IMG/VR virus record: IMGVR_UViG_3300044677_000024
Location: 1-43,650 of that record
From: a virus
Lineage: Duplodnaviria > Caudoviricetes
Length of the DNA stretch: 43,650 nt
Reading direction: 5' to 3' (one strand)
In this document: positions 37,177 through 43,650 of the stretch, piece by piece
Layout of the letters: each line of letters begins with the position of its first letter
Position numbering within the stretch: the first letter of the stretch is position 1
Translations under genes and position numbers: made by a program
Notes under the pieces: generated by a model
What the model was told of the DNA's origin: nothing
Seen by the model: only the letters and a program-made list of their open reading frames with translations
Database searches by the model: none

Positions 37177-37430
37177 GACTGCTCCACCATGGCGAGCGCG
37201 CTGCGAGCCTCGAGCACCGCCGGATGTTCGGCTTTGATCGGGATACGATCCACCGCTGCGATGGTGATGAGGGTGAGCAGGCGGTCGAGCGCCTCGGCCA
37301 AATGCGGCGCCGCGTAATCGAGCCGCCGGCGCTTGCAGGCCGCGCACTGACAGCCTTGCTCGAGGGATGGCCCAAATTTGTAGACGTGACCGTCCATCAG
37401 TGCAAACTCCGCGCGACGATCCAGCCCCAC
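37173..37430 (-). CDS. Hypothetical protein
   Basis: YAAPHLAEAL motif; start uncertain. Confidence 0.45.
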   Translation of the reverse strand: MGLDRRAEFALMDGHVYKFGPSLEQGCQCAACKRRRLDYAAPHLAEALDRLLTLITIAAVDRIPIKAEHPAVLEARSALAMVEQS

Positions 37431-37486
37431 ATGAAGAGGTCGACATTGAGCAGAACGAATTCCGGGATGCCGAAGCGTTTCATCAC

Positions 37487-37624
37487 TTAGCCCACCTTGA
37501 CGATCGAGACCGAGCAGTTGCGGCAGGCCGCGAGCCGGAAGCCCTTCAGCGTTTCTTTCGTGACCGTGGCGCGCAGCACGTGGCCATTCGGATACTTGAT
37601 GGTGACCGCGTAGCTCGCGTTCAC
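37487..37624 (-). CDS. Small hypothetical protein (45 aa)
   Basis: Read by hand; GTGA-coupled. Confidence 0.4.
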   Translation of the reverse strand: MNASYAVTIKYPNGHVLRATVTKETLKGFRLAACRNCSVSIVKVG

Positions 37625-37773
37625 AGGAGCACCTTGCAGAACAGTCCTAAGCCGCCGAGCAGGATCGGGCAGAGGATGTAATCGCCGTGCAGGGCGAGGA
37701 AGGTGAGGCGATCGTCGAGCCGTTTCTGCTTGGCTTTGGCGAGGCGCTGGGCATCAGTCAGTTCGAGGTTCAT
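37621..37773 (-). CDS. First gene of leftward early operon (50 aa, hydrophobic C-terminus)
   Basis: Read by hand; GGAG RBS downstream of PL-like promoter. Confidence 0.5.
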   Translation of the reverse strand: MNLELTDAQRLAKAKQKRLDDRLTFLALHGDYILCPILLGGLGLFCKVLL

Positions 37774-37802
37774 GGGGCACACACTCCGTTGCAAGTAGAG
37801 CT

Positions 37803-37843
37803 ATATTACCCGAAGGTAACCCATTTGCAATACCCCAAGGTAA
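37803..37843 (-). promoter_or_regulatory. PL-like promoter with two operators
   Basis: -35 TTGCAA 37825-37830, -10 TAATAT 37803-37808 on minus strand; TTACC-CGAA-GGTAA 37806-37819 and ATACC-CCAA-GGTAA 37830-37843. Confidence 0.8.
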
Positions 37844-38016
37844 TGTTTTCGGCATTACCTCACAGATCGAGTCCCCTCGGCGCATTGAAGCGTGACGCTC
37901 GTCGCAGTTTCTGCCAGGCGCGGGCCGGCGTGGTTGTTATGCCGGATTACTCGCTGGTAAACGGCGCTCTGGCCAGCCACAGTGCCCGTTTCACCATTCA
38001 CAGGGAATGTACCGAT

Positions 38017-38526
38017 ATGAAACGCACAGGCTGGACCACGATATTCGCGATCTCTATTGTCCTGGCCGTTCCTGCAACCGCGGCAGATTTGGCAGGCGTT
38101 ACGCTCGGCAGCTCGGCCAGCGCGCGAACCTTGGAGAAGCTCGGGATTCTCTCAGTCGATGAAAATGTGTCTGCTGGCGTTCATCGCGGCAAGACAAAAT
38201 TTGAGTATGTCGACGCCAATTCTGAGGTGACCATCGATAGCGCCGGCCATGTGACTGCGCTGCAGATTGATTTCCCGACGATCCAGGCGCCGTCAATCCT
38301 TGAGATGGCGATGAAGAAATGGGGCAAGCCGGTCGATAGCGGAAGCGCAATTTCCATGGGGCATTTGCTCGAGGTGTGGATCTGGGATACCAAGGATGGC
38401 GCGCAGATCACACTTAACAGCTACGATCCGCACTTCGAAACTGGATCTCTGACCCGCGGATCCCTTGTAATGGTCACGCGGGCGGCCGCTGATGCTGCCC
38501 TAGGTCCGAAGGGCGGCGTTTTATAA
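38017..38526 (+). CDS. Secreted/periplasmic protein in the immunity region
   Basis: Signal peptide MKRTGWTTIFAISIVLAVPATA-A; converges on cI. Confidence 0.7.
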   Translation: MKRTGWTTIFAISIVLAVPATAADLAGVTLGSSASARTLEKLGILSVDENVSAGVHRGKTKFEYVDANSEVTIDSAGHVTALQIDFPTIQAPSILEMAMKKWGKPVDSGSAISMGHLLEVWIWDTKDGAQITLNSYDPHFETGSLTRGSLVMVTRAAADAALGPKGGVL

Positions 38527-38563
38527 GGCAGATTATTTTCGAAAATCGTCGAGAAAAACGACG

Positions 38564-38947
38564 TTACGCGGCGCGCTTTTTCACGGCTCGCTCGAGCCTA
38601 TTACCCTCACAGAGGGACAGCATGATGGTCATTGCCTGATCGATTTTCTCCCGGTCCCTGGGATCCAACCGATCAAAACGCGCACGCGAAAAGCTGAACG
38701 GCCAGCTCGGCGGCGGCGTTGCCTGCAGGTTATCGTCCCGGTCGAGCGAGAACGGTGGTAGGCCTGCCTCGAGCTCCATCTTTCGCGCGAGATCTTCCTT
38801 GAGTTTCTTGCGATTCGGGCCGTTCGAGAGCAAGCGGGAAATATAACTCGGCGCTACCCCGGTTGCCTGGGCCAATGCCGCTTTCGTCTTATAGCGATCG
38901 TCCAGGAGCTCCTGGAGTCGCCTCCGCCTAGTGTCTTCGATCGCCAC
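38564..38947 (-). CDS. cI: CI-like HTH repressor without a peptidase S24 domain
   Basis: RRRRLQELL..KAALAQATGVAPSYISRLL..ARKME HTH; divergent from cro; short WPF-containing C-terminal domain. Confidence 0.8.
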   Translation of the reverse strand: MAIEDTRRRRLQELLDDRYKTKAALAQATGVAPSYISRLLSNGPNRKKLKEDLARKMELEAGLPPFSLDRDDNLQATPPPSWPFSFSRARFDRLDPRDREKIDQAMTIMLSLCEGNRLERAVKKRAA

Positions 38948-38953
38948 GTGGCC

Positions 38954-39022
38954 ATGGTAGCCACCGTTACCAAAAGGTAAATGTGCGGCAGGTATTGACA
39001 GAGCGTTACCTACGGGTAATAT
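38954..39022. promoter_or_regulatory. PR/PRM-like divergent promoters with two operators
   Basis: TTACC-AAAA-GGTAA 38967-38980, TTACC-TACG-GGTAA 39006-39019; PR -35 TTGACA 38995-39000, -10 TAATAT 39017-39022; PRM -10 TACCAT (minus) 38954-38959. Confidence 0.85.
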
Positions 39023-39030
39023 GCCTGCGC

Positions 39031-39276
39031 ATGCAAACCCTTCGCGAATATCTGAATTCACTGGAGACATTAGAGCAGGAAGACTTCGCGAGCCGCTGCG
39101 AAACGAGCTTGAGCTATCTGCGCAAAGCGATTTCTGCCGAGCAAAAGATAGGGGAGCGCCTGGTCATCGCGATCGAACGCGAGAGTGCCGGCGCGGTGAG
39201 ATGCGAGCAGTTGCGACCGGATGTCGACTGGAAATACCTCAGCGAACGTCATCCGATAGTGCACGCCACGGTCTAG
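39031..39276 (+). CDS. cro: Cro / YdaS-like transcriptional regulator
   Basis: FASRCETSLSYL..AIERES.GAV..EQLRPDVDW. Confidence 0.85.
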   Translation: MQTLREYLNSLETLEQEDFASRCETSLSYLRKAISAEQKIGERLVIAIERESAGAVRCEQLRPDVDWKYLSERHPIVHATV

Positions 39277-39353
39277 GCCGTGCAGCCGATGCGACAAAAA
39301 AAAGCGAATATCGCGTTAGGTAAAATCGTCTCTGGCCGCGGCGGCCGGCGCAA

Positions 39354-39572
39354 ATGAGCCTCAAAGGCTTCATCACTTGGATTCGCCGCCGGACAACGGT
39401 CCAGCCCTTGACGGCCCTTGAGTGTGTCGATTTGAGCCTCTACGACGCTGAGATTCGCGGCCGCATCGAACGCGGTGATTGGCCGGAAGTGTTGCATCTG
39501 AAGCCTGGATTTCAGTTCCAGCCCTTCCGGGAGGCGGCCGGCCTCCAACAAAACGACGGGAGCGGTATATGA
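39354..39572 (+). CDS. Hypothetical protein
   Basis: ATGA-coupled to next ORF. Confidence 0.45.
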   Translation: MSLKGFITWIRRRTTVQPLTALECVDLSLYDAEIRGRIERGDWPEVLHLKPGFQFQPFREAAGLQQNDGSGI

Positions 39573-39739
39573 CCCCCGCGCTCCCGGCCGAGCTCGAAGA
39601 CACGGTCCGCCGCGAGGCGCTCCGGCGCTATCTCGAGGGGGGCGAGGAGCAGGCGCTCGATCTCCTGGCGGTGGCGCGGGCGATTGCGGAGCCGACGATG
39701 CGTATGTCCAGGGCCGGACATAGCGGTGGCCGGCCGTGA
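39569..39739 (+). CDS. Hypothetical protein
   Basis: Coupled on both sides; GGAG RBS. Confidence 0.5.
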   Translation: MTPALPAELEDTVRREALRRYLEGGEEQALDLLAVARAIAEPTMRMSRAGHSGGRP

Positions 39740-40320
39740 GAGCCCGCAATATCAAGCCCGCGACCTTCACCAACGAACTGCTCGCGTTCGCGGCTCCAAT
39801 TCACACCGTCATCTTCGCCGGACTGTGGTGCATTGCAGATCGACGCGGAGTGCTTTCGGATCTGCCAAAACAGATTCACATGCTAATTAACCCAGGTAGA
39901 AACCTCGCCTCGACACGGAACTCCTTGGCGTGGCTTGAAGAGAACGGTTTCATCGCACGGTACACAGTCGGTAACTATCAGCTAATCAAGATATTAGCGT
40001 TTACCAAACATCAAAACCCACACCGGGACGAGAAGGAGTCAGACCTGCCCGACTACGGTGCCAGCACGGTGCCAGCACAGGGCAACGGCATGGTGCCAGC
40101 ACCGGGAAAACCGGAACCGCTCGGGCTGATTCCCTCTTCTCTGATTCCTGATTCCGGATCCCTGATTCCTGATTCCCCACACACCGGAACACCGGGCCGC
40201 AACGGTGTTGCGCCGCCGGGTTCCTCTGGTGGACGTGTGGGGGGAAATCGAAAACGACGTGAGGAGCCGGAATCCGAATGGAAACCGCCGACCGAGGAGC
40301 AAATCCGTGCAGGAGAGTGA
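39736..40320 (+). CDS. Replication initiator (lambda O-analogous)
   Basis: RARNIKP.TF.NE.L..GLWC.ADRRG..FIARY..F.KHQ; internal direct repeats. Confidence 0.75.
   Translation: MRARNIKPATFTNELLAFAAPIHTVIFAGLWCIADRRGVLSDLPKQIHMLINPGRNLASTRNSLAWLEENGFIARYTVGNYQLIKILAFTKHQNPHRDEKESDLPDYGASTVPAQGNGMVPAPGKPEPLGLIPSSLIPDSGSLIPDSPHTGTPGRNGVAPPGSSGGRVGGNRKRREEPESEWKPPTEEQIRAGE
40057..40176 (+). repeat. Probable origin iterons inside the initiator gene
   Basis: GGTGCCAGCAC at 40057, 40068, 40092; CTGATTCC at 40126, 40141, 40148, 40162, 40169. Confidence 0.7.
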
Positions 40321-40861
40321 CGCCAAAGGCTTCGATCGGGCGCTGTCGCGGCTCTGCGCCGGGTTCGATGTGCCGGTCACGGATGCCAGGCGCGAAGCCT
40401 ACTGGCGGGCGTTTCGCAAGCTCACGGTGCTGGAGTTCGCGGGCCTCGTCGACACCGCGCTGGTCGAATCGACCTTCGCCTCGATGCCGACAGTCGGCGC
40501 GTTGCGGGAACTGCATCGCAAGGTTCAATCGCCGGACACATCCGCGGCGCCGGCGAGCGATGGGCCCTCGATCCAGGCGCAGCTGTGCGAATACGCGGCC
40601 ATGAAACTTGCGCATTTGATCCGAAAGACGGCGACACCCGCCGAGCGTTGGCAGTACTCACGGCCTTGGACCTACGTGTACCGCGAGTGGCGCGAAAACG
40701 GCAAGCAATGCGCCGAATGCATCGGCGTAGTGATCGATCTCGACAACGGCAAACGGATCGGTTGGCGAGTCTCCGACATGCAGGGCGATATCGAGGGCTA
40801 TGAGGCCATGATGCGCAAGTTCCGCCCGGGCCCGCGACCCATTCAGCCGGAGCTCGTATGA
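40307..40861 (+). CDS. Putative helicase loader / replication accessory protein
   Basis: Follows initiator; AYW..F..MPTVG.LRE pattern; function inferred from position. Confidence 0.5.
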   Translation: MQESDAKGFDRALSRLCAGFDVPVTDARREAYWRAFRKLTVLEFAGLVDTALVESTFASMPTVGALRELHRKVQSPDTSAAPASDGPSIQAQLCEYAAMKLAHLIRKTATPAERWQYSRPWTYVYREWRENGKQCAECIGVVIDLDNGKRIGWRVSDMQGDIEGYEAMMRKFRPGPRPIQPELV

Positions 40862-41130
40862 GCCAGAACTCGTTCGCCTTCAAAAATTTCGACGTCGAAA
40901 TGCAATTCGCCAAGCGATTGGGTGAGCACGGAAAACACGTATTCGCCGGCCCATCCGATCCCACGATCACGAAGGAACGCATACGCCAGGCGATCATCGA
41001 TTCGAAGGTCGATTGCACCATCTTCGGGAGCAATCCTGCGGGGAAACCCGAGACCTATCAGGCCGCGTTCGAACGCCATTTCGGCGAACCACTGCACCTA
41101 AAAACCACCAAGGGGAAACGATCATGCTGA
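40858..41130 (+). CDS. Hypothetical protein
   Basis: Coupled ORF; RIRQAI..ETYQAAFER. Confidence 0.55.
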   Translation: MSQNSFAFKNFDVEMQFAKRLGEHGKHVFAGPSDPTITKERIRQAIIDSKVDCTIFGSNPAGKPETYQAAFERHFGEPLHLKTTKGKRSC

Positions 41131-41753
41131 ATCTGCCTCGCAAGCCCTGCGACATCGCCGCGCACATCAACGCGCGCACGCAAAAGAACGGCGACGAGCA
41201 CGTGCCGTTCATGGACATCAAACTCATCATGCTGCTCACCGCAAAACAAACCGCATCCTTGACCGGGGAATCGCATATCGCGGAAGCGTGGTTTAAAACC
41301 GAAGACGGCAAGCTCTCAGATCCCTTGCTCAAAGATTGGGCGCCGTATCGCATGAATTGCAAATTCAAGGATTCGCTCTGCGTGCTCACCGTCGGCGTGA
41401 ACGCCAAGGAGATCGATCTCGGGAATGTGACGATCAAGGGTTGCACCTTCGTGCCCGTGGATCGCGGTTCAACGCAATTGACCTGCACCGTGCAAGCGCC
41501 GATCACGAATAAAACCAACGAAACGTTTTTGTGGATGGGACACACCATCGACGCGAAGCTGCAGTTCGGCGAGGTTGAGCTCGACGATGCGCAAACAAAG
41601 CTCGACCTCGAAGGCGGCGGCGAGGATGACGAAGCCGACGCCGACGCAGAGCCCGCGGTGACTGACACACCGGAGCAGGCGCGCGACAAGGCGCACGAAC
41701 GCGAGCGGCGCATTGCGCGGCAGATCGAGGACGATCGCGGCCGGCCGAACTGA
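41124..41753 (+). CDS. Phage hypothetical protein with acidic tail
   Basis: INAR.QKNGDE..DIKL; AAGGGG RBS. Confidence 0.6.
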   Translation: MLNLPRKPCDIAAHINARTQKNGDEHVPFMDIKLIMLLTAKQTASLTGESHIAEAWFKTEDGKLSDPLLKDWAPYRMNCKFKDSLCVLTVGVNAKEIDLGNVTIKGCTFVPVDRGSTQLTCTVQAPITNKTNETFLWMGHTIDAKLQFGEVELDDAQTKLDLEGGGEDDEADADAEPAVTDTPEQARDKAHERERRIARQIEDDRGRPN

Positions 41754-41754
41754 G

Positions 41755-41931
41755 ATGGCTGCCAATTGGATTCTCATTTTGACGCTGTGCTATGCCGGCG
41801 AGTCCGGCCATATCGTGCAAATTGACGGGTTCTCGAGCGCCGACGATTGCGCACTGGCCGGCAAGACGTGGCAACACAGCGTCGCTGAAAACACCATGGT
41901 GCATGCGTATGTCGCATGCATTCACCGATGA
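41755..41931 (+). CDS. Small hypothetical protein
   Basis: WILILTL..GFSS...C..AG..C pattern. Confidence 0.5.
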   Translation: MAANWILILTLCYAGESGHIVQIDGFSSADDCALAGKTWQHSVAENTMVHAYVACIHR

Positions 41932-42167
41932 ACTTAGTGGACCGGATCTCTCGATTCTTTGGCTCTAAGCGTCGGCTGATCGAGCTTGAGGCGGACATTG
42001 CCGACGCGTTGCGAAAGCCGACGCACGAAGAACGTCGGCGAGCGATCGGCGAGATTCTTCGCAAGTGCGATCCAGAACGATTCGCGCAAATCGAAGGCAA
42101 GGACGGATATTTTGTTACCGATGGGAAGACGGTTGGGTTCGAGGCAATCGCGAGGAAATCACCGTGA
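41928..42167 (+). CDS. Hypothetical protein
   Basis: ATGA/GTGA-coupled. Confidence 0.5.
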   Translation: MNLVDRISRFFGSKRRLIELEADIADALRKPTHEERRRAIGEILRKCDPERFAQIEGKDGYFVTDGKTVGFEAIARKSP

Positions 42168-42529
42168 TCGGCGCACTTACTGCCGCCGTTGAAACCGCGC
42201 CGATCAAGCGCAAGGCGAAGGGCACGAGCCCGACGCAACGCTCGCTCAAGTACATGCGCGATGCCGGGTATCTGTGCGCCATTGTCGAGAAATGGAACAT
42301 GCACGCGAAGATCCGCCAGGATCTCTACGGCTTCATCGATGTGCTCGCGGTGAAAGGCGAGGACATCGTCGGCGTCCAGGCCTGCAGCGGCGGCGACGTG
42401 AGCACGCGCATGCATAAAATCATCGAGCACGAAAACTATCCGATTGTCATCAAGGCGATTCGAATCGTCGTGCACGGATGGCGGAAAAGCGCAGCTGGGC
42501 GTTGGGTGCTGCGCGAGATCGAACTGTAG
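42164..42529 (+). CDS. PD-(D/E)XK nuclease, possible Holliday junction resolvase
   Basis: SPTQRSL..GY..VEKW..DLYGFIDVLA..VQ. Confidence 0.65.
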   Translation: MIGALTAAVETAPIKRKAKGTSPTQRSLKYMRDAGYLCAIVEKWNMHAKIRQDLYGFIDVLAVKGEDIVGVQACSGGDVSTRMHKIIEHENYPIVIKAIRIVVHGWRKSAAGRWVLREIEL

Positions 42530-42549
42530 AAAACTACGAGGGAGCAATC

Positions 42550-42744
42550 ATGAAGGAAGGCGACAAAGCGCGATCGAAGAGCACCCAATTCACCGGGATC
42601 ATCGGCGGTACACAGACGCGTATCAAACACGGCGCAGCGGTCATCGAGCGCGTGCTCATCAAAGCCGCGCCGGGCTCTCGCGTGTGGGTGAACGTCGATG
42701 ATGTGGAAGTGATCGAAACAAATGCCTTGGCGGAATCGCCATGA
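42550..42744 (+). CDS. Small beta-rich hypothetical protein
   Basis: GAGGGAG RBS, ATG 42550. Confidence 0.5.
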   Translation: MKEGDKARSKSTQFTGIIGGTQTRIKHGAAVIERVLIKAAPGSRVWVNVDDVEVIETNALAESP

Positions 42745-42896
42745 ATATCTGGGTCATTCTGCTCATCGTGCTGATCCTCTTTGGCTTCGGTGGATCGGGG
42801 TTTGGCTACATTGGTAGCGGCTATGGTTACGGCGGCGGCGGCCTGCTACTGGTCCTACTCATCGTGGTCTTGCTCGTCAGAGGTAAGCGACTGTGA
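42741..42896 (+). CDS. Small Gly-rich two-TM protein (DUF3309-like)
   Basis: Read by hand, MNIWVILLIVLILFGFGG..GYGYGGGGLLLVLLIVVLL. Confidence 0.6.
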   Translation: MNIWVILLIVLILFGFGGSGFGYIGSGYGYGGGGLLLVLLIVVLLVRGKRL

Positions 42897-43012
42897 GTCG
42901 CGTGGATCGCGAGCACGAGGATGAGCATGATGCCAATCCACTCGGCCTTGCCCTGATCGCGGCACTCATCATGGCGATCGTCATTGCGGTGATGGTTGGC
43001 TATTCGCGATGA
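42893..43012 (+). CDS. Small single-TM peptide (39 aa)
   Basis: Read by hand; coupled on both sides. Confidence 0.45.
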   Translation: MSRVDREHEDEHDANPLGLALIAALIMAIVIAVMVGYSR

Positions 43013-43344
43013 GTGTGCGGCCGTGCACGTTGAAGCTCATCCGTCCGCGCTCGACTGCACAAGCAGCACCGCGCGCGCGTGGCACCACCGATGAGCGTGG
43101 CTATGATGGCGATTGGGAACGACTGCGTGCGCAGTTCTTGATGGCTCATCCACTGTGTCAGTGCGAGCAGTGCGATGACGGACGTAAGCGCGTGACCGCT
43201 GCCAACGTGGTCAACCACATCATCGATATCCGTGATGATCCAGGCAAGCGTCTCGAATGGAGCAACCTGCAATCGATGGCCAAGCGTTGCCATGATCGGC
43301 ATACGAAGCTCAGGCAGTTGGCTGCGATGCGGGCGCAGCGATGA
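43009..43344 (+). CDS. HNH endonuclease (HK97 gp74-like terminase partner)
   Basis: RGY..DWERLR..HPLC..C..VVNHI..NLQSM..CHDRHT; next to genome end. Confidence 0.88.
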   Translation: MSVRPCTLKLIRPRSTAQAAPRARGTTDERGYDGDWERLRAQFLMAHPLCQCEQCDDGRKRVTAANVVNHIIDIRDDPGKRLEWSNLQSMAKRCHDRHTKLRQLAAMRAQR

Positions 43345-43635
43345 TATTCACACCGCTCCAAATGCGAATTTTGATTGGCTGCGCTGTGGTGTACGTAGCA
43401 TGTGAGCTCGTCAACCTCATCCTGGTGTTGTCGAGATGAGGGCAAAGCGATGAACAGGTACGAAGACGCAGAGATCGTCATCGAGAGCGATGCTCTCATC
43501 ACACAGGAGATCATCGATGCGATCAAGCAGGCTATCGCTGACGGCATAGCGCTCGCGCGTGAGCGCATGCGATGAATGCAATCGATCATCTGGTAGGGCA
43601 GGCCAGACCCGGTAGGGGGGTTTGAAGTGGCAGGC

Positions 43636-43650
43636 AAATCGACGAGCGAT
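43636..43650. repeat. Terminal direct repeat, right copy
   Basis: Identical to 1-15. Confidence 0.9.

Overview
The window looks like the complete (~43.6 kb) genome of a temperate, long-tailed dsDNA phage, probably of a proteobacterium. The first 15 nt are repeated exactly at the end, and an HNH nuclease and small terminase flank the junction. The layout is lambdoid: P27-type terminase; HK97-type portal, protease and capsid; neck and tail genes with an RcGTA-like tail tip; a lambda R-like endolysin; attP made of the 3' half of tRNA-Arg(ACG) plus a tyrosine integrase; a leftward early operon (RecE-like nuclease, AAA ATPase, CsrA, HerA-like ATPase); a cI/cro switch with TTACC-N4-GGTAA operators; and a replication initiator. 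The standout feature is a ~5 kb translationally coupled cassette (6029-11029) between the major capsid gene and the head-tail connector. It encodes five glycosyltransferase-like domains and two SAM methyltransferase domains, most plausibly a virion glycosylation system. Its first enzyme has no start codon for its conserved N-terminus and appears to be made by a -1 frameshift (G GGA AAA plus an H-type pseudoknot) that fuses it to the small post-capsid protein. All family assignments come from motif recognition by eye, not database searches.
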